The notes below the pieces were generated by a model. The model ran no database searches, was not told the DNA's origin, and was given only the letters and a program-made list of their open reading frames with translations. The position numbers were made by a program, and so were the translations under genes. Shown piece by piece: positions 1 to 13,420 of a stretch of 64,000 nucleotides of DNA. Numbering within the stretch: position 1 is the stretch's first letter; each line of letters starts with the position of its first letter. The DNA lies in assembly GCF_963921235.1 (NCBI RefSeq), contig NC_086108.1:71984001-72048000 (forward strand), in the 5' to 3' direction. The stretch comes from Mobula hypostoma (lineage: Eukaryota).

Positions 1-699
1 AGTCATTGAAAGTGGGCATACAGGTACAGCAGGCGGTGAAAAAGGCGAATGGTATGCTGGCATTCATAGCAAGAGGATTCGAGTACAGGAGCAGGGAGGT
101 ACTACTGCAGTTGTACAAGGCCTTGGTGAGACCACACCTGGAGTATTGTGTGCAGTTTTGGTTCCCTAATCTGAGGAAGGGCATCCTTGCCATAGAGGGA
201 GTACAAAGAAGGTTCACCAGATTGATTCCTGGGATGGCAGGACTTTCATATGATGAAAGACTGGATCGACTAGGCTTATACTCGTTGGAATTTAGAAAAT
301 TGAGGGGGGATCTGATTGAAACGTATAAAATCCTAAAGGGATTGGACAGGCTAGATGCAGGAAGATTGTTCCCGATGTTGGGGAAGTCCAGAACGAGGGG
401 TCACAGTTAAGAATAAAGGGAAAGCCTTTTAGGATCAAGATTAGGAAAAACTTCTTCACACAGAGAGTGGTGAATCTGTGGAATTCTCTGCCACAGGAAA
501 CAGTTGAGGCCAGTTTATTGGATATATTTAAGAGGGAGTTGGATGTGGCCCTTGTGGCTAAAGGAATCAGGGGGGTATGGAGGGAAGGCTGGTACAGGGT
601 TCTGAGTTGAATGATCAGCCATGATCATACTGAATGGTGGTGCAGGCATGAAGGGCTGAATGGCCTACTGCTGCACCTATTTTCTATGTTTCTATGTTT
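1..699 (+). mobile_element. CR1 LINE 3' end (ORF2 C-terminus, 3'UTR and (TTTCTATG)n tail)
   Basis: ORF 6..410 has CR1 motifs LYKALVRPHLEYC, EGVQRRFTRLIPG, RGDLIETYKI and TRGH. The sequence ends in TTTCTATGTTTCTATGTTT at about 681-699. Confidence 0.95.
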
Positions 700-2009
700 T
701 CTTCACCTTTCTTTCTTCTTATTTCTTGCTACTCTCCTTTCTCCATTCCTTTGTTCTCTTAGTGCTCAATAAAATGATCGTGAAATAGCAAGTTTTGTGC
801 CTTGTTCTTGATTCCTGAAAGAACCTTAGATTAAAAATACCATAATCCAACAAGTGATAGTGCTTTATTGAGCGTAAGTTTAAAGTATAGTAAATTGATG
901 TGCTAAGAATTAAATGTTTATCTACATCTGTTTTGTAGTAACTTCATCCTTAATTTCATTTTAATGTGAAAAGTGGGCCAAAAATTGTTTTCTATATTTG
1001 AAACACATTGAACTGTCATTACAGTGAGTTTCACTTTACAGTACTTAGGACTTGGAGCGATGGTGAAAGAGTTTAAAAGAGTTGGGTCTTGGGGCTTGCT
1101 TGTGAGTTTCATTTCACTGGAGCTGTGACTTGGAGCAGGAAAATTTAAAAGAGGTAAATCTGGGGCACTTCCCTGGATTGTTCAGGCCATTAAAATAATT
1201 TTACTTGATTGCATATTTACGAATCTGCTTGTAACTAAAGTTTCTCCAGCAACAGCTGCTTTTTGCTATATCATATTTTTTTCCTCTGGAGATCACCGTG
1301 GGTCTGTCATGGACCAACTGCCCTTTAGCAAAATTTTTACAGATATACACCAGCCTTTATGCAAACACTGGGATCCAGCTCTCACTCTCTACCTACAATC
1401 TTGTCTCTTCTACTGGATGCATTAATACAGATACAGAAATAAACTCTGGGCTGCAATGACTTCCAGATGGGAAGAGCAAACAATAGTGTTTGCCTCTCGC
1501 TAGAAATCTATGCTCCAGCCCTGCCATTGAGAATATGTGTCACCTCCCCGGAGACCCATGTTGAGCCAATGCTACAGCATTTTCCTTCACAAATAATCCT
1601 GTTAGTTCCTCAATGCCCTTCCCCATGGTGCTCCAGCTATACAGCACCTCAACTGTGACTTTTTGTGACCTCCCTATTTTACTGTTCTGATGAACAATCA
1701 ATGAAATGAGCTGATGGCTCTGGCTCTGTCTCTGTTTCCACAGATGTTGATTGACCTGTTAAGAATCTCTAGCATTTTCTATTTTTGTTTAAGATTTCTC
1801 CTTCCGCCACTCTCACTGTCTCATTAATCTCTCACCTTGTATTTCCAGATGGTTCTCAGTTGGTCTAAATTCTGTGTTACTAAACTTCCGTTAGTACTAA
1901 AGTCTATGATACATCCTGCATCAGTTGCTCCTCGCCTATTACACCACACCCCTCTGAGCAACATTGGCTAACAGCCCCTACCACTCAAGTTTAAAATTCT
2001 CATCCAAAG

Positions 2010-2700
2010 TCTAAGGTCAAGTTTATTGTCATGTGCACAGGTACTTGTATACTGTACACAGGTGCAATGAAAAACTTGCTTGCAGCTGCATCACAGGAAT
2101 TTACAAGAAATACATAAAGTATACACAATTCATACAAAAAATTGTGGATGAATTTCTTCACAAAAATAGAGAAAGAGAAAGTTAATTTGAGTGCAAAATG
2201 ATCAGAGTGGTCATAGTGTTATTAAACTGTAGTGGTCAGTAGTAGTTTGCCAATTGGTTCAAGAACAGAATGGTTGAAAGGAATTAGCTGTTCGTGAATC
2301 TGGTGGAATTTCAGGCTTCTGTACCTTCTGCCTAAAGGTAACAGCATAAATATGGCACGGCCAGGATTATGAGGATTTTTGATAATGGATGTTGCCTTCT
2401 TGAGGTTGCACTTCATGTACTGACGGTGGGGAAAGATTTGTTCATGATGTACTGTACTCTCTTCAGGTTCTTATGTTCCTGCACATTCGAATAGCTATGC
2501 CAGAGGATGATGAAACTAGTCTGGATACTTTCAACAGAACATCTGTGGACGTTTGTTAATGTTCAGTGACAAGCCAAAACTCCTTAACCTCAGAAGAAAA
2601 TAAGGACACTGGTGTACTTTCCTAGTGACTGAATTTATGTTCTGGGCTGAAGTCCATCTGAGGTTATGCAACTCCCCAGTCTCTACAAACTTACACAGTT
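2010..2700 (-). mobile_element. Degraded Rex1/Babar-type LINE 3' fragment
   Basis: Minus-strand peptides KKATSIIKNPHNPG..F.LLP.GRRYRSLK and KVHQCPYFLLRLRSFG. An AATAAA plus short-repeat tail lies near 2010. Confidence 0.75.
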
Positions 2701-4144
2701 TGACATGGACTGCAGACTCGAGGGACTGCGGATGCTGGAATCTGAAGCAACAAACAATCAGGTCTTGATGCAGGATTTCAACCTGAAACACTGACGATTC
2801 ATTTCTCCCCTGCAGATGCTGCTTGACTTGCTGAGTTCTTCCAACAAATTGTTTGTGGCAATGGGCTCCACATTGGATTCGGGATGAGGAAAGAAATAGT
2901 GTTGTTCTGAAGCTGGGTAATCTGCATTTGTGGATCCTGAGTATAAGAGGAGTATGTAATTTCTTTGTTGTTGCCTGCTTCTTGCGTACCTGCTTACTGA
3001 TTGACGGGCTGGCCTGGTGCCTAGGAATTCCAACAGCAGGCTTCCAGCTGTGCTGGGCTGACAGTGGGGAGTTGGCAGTGAGGAGATGTTGGAGGGGTCT
3101 GTAGGGAAAGAGAGATCGCAGGGATTGGGGTGGTATTTTCAGCTTGTAGATGTGGGATTGTGTCTGCCAGCTTGGAGTACGGGGTGCTGTGATGACAGTG
3201 GGTGAAGAAGGAGGCCTGTCTGAGGTGTGCTATGGGGTCTACTCACAGGAATGATACAAATGCAGTATGGGGGGGTGGGGGAAGAGGGAGCTATTGATCA
3301 CTGGGCTTCTGAACCCCTTGGTTGCTCTAGCTGTAGGGATTGAATTGTAGGATAAGAGCTGAATTTACTCATTTGGGCTTTAACGGCGCTGAGTTCCTAA
3401 CCACAAGGGGGTACCAGTCATGGAGGAACTCCATTTGTGGAGTGGAGGGCAGTGAGAATGTTATGATAACAAAAGGGATGGTGAGCGCAAGTGGAAGAGG
3501 TAGTTAAGATGGTATGACTGTGGAGTGGATGGTGGGCAGAGTAATCAAATGCAAGAGTGAATGTGGAGGTTTGTAGTTGAGGGAAGAGCATTAGGTAGCA
3601 GACAGGAAGGGATGAAAAGTAATCTGGGGGAATGATGGTTGGGAAAGTGAGTGGGACAAATATTTGTGAGACGCATGACATGGGTGAAAGAAAATAAATT
3701 GTGGACAAGGTTTATCAGGTCTGAAAGAAACATGCCAGCCTGCAGTACCTGCTGCTAAGATACCTACCTCATGGATACAGTCCTTTCCATCTTCTCTCAC
3801 CTGCCCATATTTCTAAAGTGTTGGAAGTCTGGCCAACCAAACTTCAGAATTGATTGAGCCTTAAAATGAAGACAGCTGTCTCATTTGAATGTTTAGGTAT
3901 CAACCTGCCACCAGCAAGTGGGTTAATTATTTGTATCTCATCCCACTGGGATGAATAAAATCTTTCTTTTATGTTTCTTGAACGTTAATGTCCCTGTTGG
4001 CCAACCCACCTGTTTTGAGATACAATTCAACGTTTTTATATGCAAGTGAGCACTGCACCCTCCTTGTCATCATTTCCCATATTCTGTCTCTCAGCCTGCC
4101 AATCTTTCTTTAAAACTAACCTTAAAACACAGAATTAGAAAGAG

Positions 4145-5170
4145 AATCAGATGCAGGTTTAATATCTTTGGCATGTGTTGAGAAATTCGTTGGGTGCAGT
4201 ACCTGCGTAACACATCATAAAAACTATAATTTAGAATAATTTTTTTTAAAAATAGGTAACTTAAATAGTGCAAAACGAGAGCAGAAAGAAGTAATGAGTT
4301 GTCCATTCAGCAATCAGATGGTGGAGGAGACGAATATGAGTCTTCTTGCTCCTGTCCAGCCATATTGATGGTAGCAATGAGAAGATGGTATGTCCAGGGT
4401 GATGGGGGTCCTTATTAATGGATGAGACACTTTGAGGCATCACCTTTTGAAGGTGTCCTTAATGCTGAGGAGGCTAATGCCCATGACGGAACTGACTGAG
4501 TTTGTAACTTTCTGCAGTTATTTTGTATCATTTTAGTAGCCCCTTCATACGAGATGGCAATGCATCCAGTTAGAATGCTTTCCATAGTATATTTGTAGAC
4601 ATGTGCATGAGCCTTTGGTAACATACACAATCTCCTTAAACTCCAATGAAATATATCCACTGTCATGCCTTCTTTGTAATTGCATCAATGAGTTGGGCCC
4701 AGAATGTTGACACGCAGGGACTTGAAACTGCTCTCTCTTTCCACTATGATCCCTTGATGAGTACTGGTGTATGTTCCCTTGATTGTCCCTTTCTGAAGTC
4801 CGCAATCAATTCCTTGATCTTAGTGACAATGAGTGCAATGTTGTTGTTACAACACCACTCAACCAGCTGATCTATCTCTCTCCTTTATGCCTCCTTGCAC
4901 CATCTGAAATTCTGCCAACAAAAGTTGTATCATTGGCAAATTTATGGATGGCACTTGAGCTGTGCCTGGGTGAGAATGTGGTCATGGGTGTAGAGAGAGT
5001 AGAGCAGTGGGCTAAGCATGCATCTTGAGGTGCACCGTTGTTGATTGTCAGTGAGGAGATGATGTTTCTGAATCACATTGACTGTGGTTTCCCAATGAAG
5101 AAGTCAAGGATCCAGTTGCAGAGGGAGGTACAGAGACCTAGGTCTTGGAACTTGATGATTAGTACTGACT
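4145..5170 (-). mobile_element. Degraded Rex1/Babar-type LINE fragment
   Basis: Minus-strand peptides IN.DPHHPGH..FSLLPS and YKYTMESILTGCI. Confidence 0.75.
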
Positions 5171-5184
5171 ATATGATCAATTGA

Positions 5185-5955
5185 ATTTATTTATTTAAAT
5201 CTTACATCCGTCCTACAATATGAGGGAGTAAAAACCTTTGTGTTATGACACTGTCGCAATGCACAGACATATGAATTAATAAGTCTAATGGCTTGTAGAA
5301 AGAAGCTGTCCCGTAGCCTGTTGGTCCCGGCTTTAATGCAGTGGTACCATTTGCCAGACGGAAGCAGCTGAAACAGTTTCTGGCTGGGGTGACTGGTGTC
5401 CCTGATGATCATGCAGGCCTTCTTTACACATCTGTAAATGTCCTCAGTGGGGAAGTTCACATCCACAGATATGCTGGGCTGTCCGCACCACTCTCTGCAG
5501 TGCCCAGTGATCAAAGTTGATGCAGTTCCTGTACCAGGCAGTGATACTGCCAGTCAGGTTGCTCTCAATGGTGCCCTTGCAGGAGGTCTTGAGGATTTGG
5601 GGGCTCATGCCAAACTACTTCAGTTACCTGAGGTGGAAGAAATGCTGTTGTGCTTTTTTGCCACACAACCGGTGTGTATAGTCCAGGAGAGATCTTCAGT
5701 GATGTGTATACTGAGGAACTTGAAACAATTCACCCTCTCAACTGCAGTCCCATTGATGTTGATCCGGGCGAGCTGGTCTCTGTGCCTCCTGTAATCCATG
5801 ATCAGCTCTTTTGTTTTTTGGACATTGAGGGAGAGGTTGTTATCCTGGCGCCACTGTGTCAAGGTGTCAACCTCTCCTCTGTAGGCTGTCTTGTCACTGC
5901 TAGAAATAAGGCCGATCAGTGTTGTCATCTGCAAATTTGATCAGCAGATTGGATT
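5185..5955 (-). mobile_element. Rex1/Babar-type LINE 3' part (RT C-terminus), better preserved
   Basis: Minus-strand (F)ADD-TTLIGLIS..NNLSLNVQKTKELIMDYR..FKFLSIHITEDLSW and DTSHPSQKLFQLLPSGKWY..TNRLRDSFF. A (TAAA)n tail lies at about 5185. Confidence 0.9.
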
Positions 5956-8344
5956 AAGCACTCAAGGGAAAGAGATTACAGATCCTTCTCTCCACAACAT
6001 TCATTTTGTTATTGCAAAGCATCTTGGCATATTATTCTATATTAAAGTCACTTTATAAATTCACATTATTTTGCAGTTGTTCCAACTGCATATAAATGGG
6101 AAGTACAGACTTTTGAACGGTTGCCTGGTTCAAATCTGCTTTGAGTCTCACTGAAGATCACATCTCTGATATTGAGAAATGCATACGTTTATTTCATGGA
6201 ATAGCATTAACACTATCCAGATGTCCCAAGTAAGTTTAGTTTGTGCTCAGTGGTTTTGCCTTGTTTTGACTAAATAACTGGAAGAATTTTGTAGCTGAAA
6301 GAGTCCCACCATCAATAACAACTTTGCAAAAGTGAACAATTGTAAAGAAGTCAGATAATTGTTACGGTCCTTATACCCTTCCCTAATCCCCAGCTCTTGC
6401 ATTGAATTTTGACAGTGGGTGCATGTGACATCATGACAACTGCCTCTGAGGAATTACTGGATTTGACTGTGCAAGAGAGATGAATTTCAATGAGGTGAGA
6501 GGGTGTCATTGGTCGTGCTTCAGTGACCTTTTCAATTCAAGTGTGCTTTCATTCAGCAACCACACATGGGTCAGCCTCAGCAGCTAATTCAAACCTGCTC
6601 CCCTGATAATCATCTTTGAAAATTAAAACAAAATCATGAGCAGTGGAAAGAGAGAAACAAATTCCCTGTGGCTCATTCTGCCTTCAAGCGAGATCCACTG
6701 AAGAATGAATTAGATTGAGTTTTGATCATGATCTTTACAAGCATTGCACTGAAACTCAGTTTTCTGGTCAGGGTATTAAGTACCTGGCTTATCTCACTAA
6801 CAATCCACATGGAAATAGTAACAGAAAGTGAAAATATCTATAAACACTAGAAATTGTACAATAACTGGAATTGCTTGAAAAACATGATATATCAAAGTGA
6901 ATTTGAAAAATAACAGTGTTGTTAAATTGAGACTAAAATTTGTTCTGCCTGGTTATCCATTTTTCTCTTTCATGTCTGACTAGTTTTCTAGAATCTCCCA
7001 TTGTTGAAGCATGCAACTAACCATTGGTTAGACCACACAGAGATTGGGTTTTCCAGAATGCAATTACCTTATCCTTCAGTATAAAACAAACGCAGTACAA
7101 AGTAATTCAGTAAAAGAGATTTCATCCAGATGTTGTGCACCTCAAAGGGTATTTTAGACATGATCGCTGGACACTTCATTTATTTCCTGGACTGATATGA
7201 TATGCAGCATACTTCCAGCTCAAAACGTGTTTCCATTTTGAGCATTTTGCAAAGGGAGCAGAACATTAGATTTTAGGTCAATACCTCCATCTTAGGCTGG
7301 ATATAGACTTATTTCTAATACGCTTTCATGAAACGCTTCAGGGTATTTTCCTAAGTTAGACCTACTATGCAAATACAAAATGAAATTATAGAGAAACATT
7401 GGAAATACTGAGTAAGTCAGGCAGCGTATATGGTGAGAGAAACAAAGTTAACATCTCAAATGACATCGAATTGGAATTGAGAGAAGTTGAGAGATAATAA
7501 CATGTTTTGATGTGCCTTGTGAGAGGATGGGAAAATAGGGGACAAAAGGGGGAGGAGGTGATGAGAGGGATGATGACCAGGAAAGATTACATGACCAAAG
7601 GGTGAAATTGTAAATATAAGTACTGATTCTGCAGCAAAACATAATCAGCTTTTGAGATATTTCTCTGATGCTTGCATCTTGGATCAATTTTATTTGGCTA
7701 TATACTGTACAGTATTTCTCAACAAGTCCCTCTGCAGGGTCATCAATCCCTCCCATGTCATTGCTGCCATAATCAGGAATATTTCACTCCAGCTTGGTAC
7801 AATTACTTCAAGGTAGATTTCACTTTTATCAAAGAACGCCTCTTAATTATGGAATCCAAATATTACATGAGGAACTTTCACATGGAAATGCTACTTTTTA
7901 CAGTGCTAGATGTTAAAACCCTTAAAGATTTAGAACATGAGAAGGCAGGAACGTTTAACACAAGGTTGTGTCACTAAGGGCATTTTTGTGTGTTAAGTAG
8001 AAGGAAAGTGATGTTGGTTTTCCTTCTTGAAACAGTATTGCTGGTGAAAGGTCTCCCATGTAGGTGTTAGATAAGGCAATGGGAGAATATCTATGTGGTT
8101 CTAAGCCAGTGTGATGTCTCCTTGCCACAGCTCTGAATTGCTTTCTAGGTGGTAGAGACTGGAGGTTTGGGAAATCTCATTGGATTGATCTTGATGAGTT
8201 ATTGAAAGGGCTTGCAGCAGTATTGCAGCTACGGTACTGTGGAAGGAATAGAAGGATTAAAATCAAGTGAGATATTCCACACTGGATGTTATTGACCATC
8301 GGAAATCATAGGCACAAGCATCTCTGCAGTAATTGGAAATCCAG

Positions 8345-8560
8345 AGCAGCACATACAAAATGCTGGAGGAACTCAGCAGGCCTGGCAGCATCTATGGAAA
8401 GGTATAAGCAATCAACATTTCAGTCAAGACCCATCATCAGGACAGGAAAGGAAGGGAGAAGAAGACAGAATAAGGTGGTGGGGAAAGGGAAGGAGTACAA
8501 GCTAGAGGGTGATAGGTGAAGCCAGGTGTGTGGGGAGGGGAGGGAGGGGGCAGTTGTTGA
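8345..8560 (-). mobile_element. Penelope-like element 3' terminal (pLTR) remnant
   Basis: AAATGCTGGAGGAACTCAGCAGG..GCAGCATCTATGG followed by a purine-rich tract, homologous to the ends of the PLEs at 17450 and 42324. Confidence 0.7.
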
Positions 8561-9537
8561 CTGTTTGTTCACTGATGGAATTGCACTGACACAGGGAAAT
8601 AGAAAGTGCCCCACTATAGTCCTTCCTTTTAACTTGTAATATTGATAAGGCTTAACAGAGCCACAGAAAACCCAGACTCTGATCTGTTCTTACAGGCAGA
8701 GGATTGATGAGTCTGACCAAGTTAAGTTTCCTTTCAAAGATGACCCCAAGGGAATTGAGTGCACACAGCCAAATGTATTTCAATGAAATGCAGGGCCGTG
8801 CAGGTTAGATTGAGCTTTTTGTATACTTGGAATTTTGGTCCATTTAATCCTCCTAATACACCTAATTCCACCACATTTAAATTATCCTCATCTGCACACA
8901 GAACTGCTCAATTAATAACTATTATTTTAAATAATGTAAAAGATGCAATCTCAGTGTGGAGGAGTTGATGGCAGATCAACATTCTGGGAGAAAGCAGAGC
9001 TGTGGTGGGTTGGGATTGGTCCCTACCATTGGTGCTTCTCTCCAGTATTGGCTCCGTGGAAGATCAGCAGGATTGTGTTCATCTGTGAATGCACTAACAT
9101 GTGATGAGACAACACCCCATGTGTCATCAACCTTCCGGGCATGCCACTCAGGGACTTGGGTCATTATTATTAGTTATTTTTTCTCAGCTCAGGCTGGTAA
9201 AACAGGAGGTACAGGCATAGCCAAGCACACTTATTTCTCCATTGCTAGGAACTTCTGGACTATTCGAGTGGTGTTTAGTATTTTGCCTTTCTGAAGATTT
9301 ACATAAATAATGCTGTGTAGGCCTAATTGCTTAATGCTATTGTGTAGTGAATTTGGGATGATACCAGCTGTAGATATTAATATTGTGACAAAGTATACCC
9401 TGTTCCTGTTCCATAGTCTTTCAATTTCCTCTTTTATTCTGACTCTAAAACTGGATCAGTCTTGTATTGATAGTATGGTATGGTGTCTTTTGTGAGTTTG
9501 TATTTTAAAGCAAGATTTTGGTGAATGATGTTTCATG

Positions 9538-9665
9538 GCTCCACCTCCTCCTCCCCCCTTTGCCCTCCTCCCTCCTACTTCCTCCATTCTCCCTCCCCCT
9601 CCCTCCCCTCTTCTTCTCTTCCATCTCATCGTCCTTCCTTCCCCCCTCTGTCTCATCCTCCCTCA
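9538..9665. repeat. C/T low-complexity (CCT-like) tract
   Basis: Near-pure pyrimidine run, which produces the spurious poly-Pro and poly-Gly ORFs. Confidence 0.9.
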
Positions 9666-9674
9666 TCCATTATC

Positions 9675-12560
9675 CTTAGCTGACTGTGGCAACAAATTCC
9701 ACAGATCCACCACTCTCTGGCTAAATAAATCCTCCCTCCTCTCCATTCTAAAAAGACGCCCTTTATTCTGAAGCTGAGACTTCTTGCCTTAGACTCTCCC
9801 ACCATAGGAAGCATCCTCTCTACATCCACTCTATCAAGGCCTTTCACCATTCGATAAGTTTTAACTAGGTCAGCCCTCATTCTTCTGAACTCTACTGAAT
9901 ACAGGCCCAAAGCCATCAAGCGCTCTTCATATGACAAGCTGTTCAATCCTGGAATCATTTTGTGAACATCCTTTGAACCCTGTCCCGTTTCATCACATCC
10001 TTTCTAAGATAAGGAGCCCAAGTGAGGCTAATGCTTTATAAAGTCTCAACATTATATCCTTGGTTTTATATTCCAGTAGTTTTGAAATGAATGCTATCAT
10101 TGCATTTACTTTCTTCACCACAGACTCAACCTGCAATTTAACCTTTAGGGAGTCCTGCACAAGGACTCCCAAGTCCTTTTGCACCTCTCTTTTCAGTCTT
10201 TTCTCTCCATTTCATTTCTTCTACCAAAGTGCATGACCATACACTTCCCGACACTGTATTCATCTGCCACTACTTTACCCATTCTCCTAATCTGTCTAAG
10301 TCTTCTGTTTCCTCTCTACTTCCTTAAAACTACCTGTCCCTCCACTTACCTTCGTATCATCTGCAAACTTTTCAACAAAGCCATCAATTCAGTCATCCTA
10401 ATCATTGACATATAATGTAAAAAGAAGCGGTCCCAGCTCAGACCCCTGTGGAACACCGCTAGTCATCGGCAGCCAACCAGAAGACGCTCCCTTTATTCCC
10501 ACTGTTTGCCTCCTGCCAATCAGCCACTGCTTTCTTCATGCTAGAATTTTCCTATAATAACATAGGCTCATAACTTGTTAAACAGCAAGATTTGTCAGGT
10601 AAGACTTTTCCTTGAGAAAACTATGCTGACTATGCCAATTTTATCATGCGCCTTCAAGTACCCCAAAACAACATCTTTAACATTCGGTTCCAACATCTTC
10701 CTAACCACTGACTAACTGGCCTAGTTTCCTTTCTTTTTTCTTTCTTTACATGGTCCACTAACACCACAACAATAGTTAAGAAAGCACAGCAACACTTGTT
10801 TTTCCTCAGGACACTGAAGAAAGCTGGTCTAACTGAACAGATGCTTGTGACCTTTTACCACTGCACCATAGAGAGCATCTTAACATACTGCATCTCTGTG
10901 TGGTATCTCAGTTGTACAGCAGCTGATAGGAAAGCACTTCAGCGGGTCGTCTCTAGCGCACAGAAGATCATCGGGACACAGCTCCCAGCCCTGGAGGACA
11001 CCTACAGCTCTCGCTGCCTAAGGAAAGCTACAAGCATCTGTAAGGACAATACACACCCATGCAATCATCTGTTTGAACTTCTTCTATCTGGCAGACGTTA
11101 TAAGATTTTCTATGCCAGCCCTTCCAGACTGAAAAATAGCTTTTCCCCCAGAGCTATAATTGCCCTGAACCAATCGATCAAGCATCATCCATAAATTTGT
11201 TATATTACTACTTAATACTGGTTTTATGGCTGTCATGCATCTGAGTTGCACTTTTGTACTGCTGGACATTGCTTGTACTGACTGGTTACTTGATTTTATT
11301 TATTGTTTATTCATTTTATTTGTTGTTTTGTAGCATTGAGTATGAGAGTTGCAAACTCATTTTTGCTGTCTTGGTGCATGACAAATTGTACTATGCAATG
11401 ACAATAAAGATATTTCATTTCATTTCATTTTCTCCATTCTTGAAGAGTGGAGTGACACTTGCAATTTTCCAGTATTTCAGAACCATTCCAGAATCTAGTG
11501 GTTCTTGACAGATCATAACTAATCCCTCCACAAGTTCTTCAGCCACCTTTTTCCAGAACCCTGGGGTGTACACCATTTGGTCCAGATGACTTCTCCACCT
11601 TCAGACCTTCCAATTTCCCAAGAACCTTCCCCTAGCAGTGGTAATTTCACACACTTCATGACCCCTGACACCTGGAACTTCCATCATACTGCTGGTGTCT
11701 TCCACAGTGAAGACTGATGCAAAACACTTATTCAATGTGTCTGTCATTTTCTTATCCCCCTTTATTAGTTCTCCAGCATTGTTTTCCAGTAATTCAGCAT
11801 TCTCTGTCATTTCTCCCTTACACTTTATGTATCTGAAAAAACTTTTGGTATCCTCTTTAATATTATTAGCTAGCTTTCTTCCATATTCCACCTTTACCTT
11901 AATTACTTTTTTAGTTGTCTTCAGTTGGTTTTTAAAAGCTTCTTAATCCCCTAACTTTCTGCTAATTTTTGCTCTAATGCCTGCTCTCCTTTTGGCTTTT
12001 ATGTTGGCCTTGTCTTCTCTTGTTAGCTACGGTTGTGTTATCTTGCCTCTCGAATACTTCTTCTTCGGTATGTATGTATCCTGTGCCTTCTGCCATTACT
12101 GCTCTGCCATCATCCCTACCAGTGTCCTTTTCCAGTCAATTCTGGCCAACTCCTCTCTCATACCTCTGTAATTCGCTTTACTCCACTGTAACTGATACAC
12201 TTGACTTCAGATTCTCCTTCTCAAATTTCAGGGTGAATTCAATCATATTATGATCCCTAAGGGTTCCTTCACCGTAAGATTTCTAATCAATTCCGGTTCA
12301 TTGCACAGCACCCATTGCAGAATAGTTGATCCCTTAGTGGGATCAGCTACATTGATCTAAAAAACCATCTCATAGGAATTCTGGAAATTCCCCCTATTGG
12401 GATCCAGCACCAACCTGATTTTCCCAATCTAACTGCAAATGGATATCCACCATGACTATTGTAACATTGTCCTTTTAGCATGCATTTTCTATCTCCCGTT
12501 GTAATTTGTAAACCTAACTACTGTTTGGGCATCTGTATACAACTCCCATCAGGGTCTTCA
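9675..12560 (-). mobile_element. Degraded CR1 LINE (ORF2), interrupted by a Rex-type LINE at about 10745-11430
   Basis: Minus-strand peptides QKDLGVLVQDSLK..LYKAL, IPGL..LSYEERL..GLYS and YGRKLANNIKEDTKSFFRYIK..FASVFTVED. Confidence 0.9.
10745..11430 (+). mobile_element. 5'-truncated Rex1/Babar-type LINE nested in CR1
   Basis: ORF 10796..11194 (KKAQQHLFFLRTLKKAG..FYHCTIESILTYCI..HPCNHLFELLLSGRRY) with AATAAA and a (CATTT)n tail. Confidence 0.9.
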
Positions 12561-13029
12561 TACACTTGCTCTTTTAATAGTATGAGTAAATACAAAATAA
12601 TGATGATTAGTTGGTCAGTATGTTCCATTACATGTTGCTCGAGGAAGCTGAAGTCATCTAACTCATTTATGAATGTTTTAAATTTTTATCGGAGGGTTTT
12701 ATTACCTGCAGTGTTTGGTAGACCTTTAGGTGGCACTGCAATAACTGTTTTAAATATTAAATATTCTGCGGCATGAACTACTAACACAAGGAGACCCCTC
12801 TTTCACCTTTTCCAATAAAGACCTTACTTTGAACCTTTTGTCCCTATATGTCTCATTCTTTTTTTTAACTTTTTTTGCTGAGGGCAGCTTTATTTACTTA
12901 GCCTCCACCTGAATTTAATTAGTTTTTCTATTGTTTCTGGATGCCTTTATTTAAGTTTGTGAAATCCTTCCTCGGTCCCTATCTGATTCCTTATTTTTAG
13001 ATGTGAAAGTAGTAAAATGGAAACTCGTG

Positions 13030-13420
13030 GTGGTGGATGTTTGTGTGCTTCTGGGAATGTTCTCCTACGTACGTGTGCATTGGTCAGGATGTATTGATCA
13101 GACTCTGCTGATAAGTCTGATCCTGCTGGGAATACGTTCCAATGGGAGTATTTCCTGGGTAGGTTTGTAAGTTAATATGTGCACTAATAGGAATGACTGT
13201 TCTTGGGTATGTATGCTGCTTGGAATCAATAAAGGGTTTAGATGCTGCTGGGTTTGCATTCTGCTGGGATTATGGATTACCTGGATTCTGTACTGCTAGG
13301 ACTGTATACTGTGTGGTTGGTGTTTAGCTGGAATGCTGTGTTGCTATGGTGTGCTGCAGGTATCAGGGGGAACTGGATGGCGTTCTGCTGGGTTTGAGAA
13401 CTGCTGGTATTGTGTGTTTC
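13030..13420. repeat. Degenerate minisatellite, about 16-bp unit (CTGCTGGGAATGTGTG-like)
   Basis: Repeated CTGCTGG(G/A) cores at roughly regular spacing. Confidence 0.6.

Noticed and set aside
2850..3300. G-rich segment that may be the N-terminal part of a PLE ORF on the minus strand
   Set aside because: Too degraded to support with a specific motif.
7630..7980. Possible host coding exon (ORFs 7672..7977 + and 7448..7756 -)
   Set aside because: No recognisable protein motif in any frame and only weak splice signals.
9456..9771. Pro-rich and Gly/Arg-rich ORFs
   Set aside because: They are translations of a C/T low-complexity tract.
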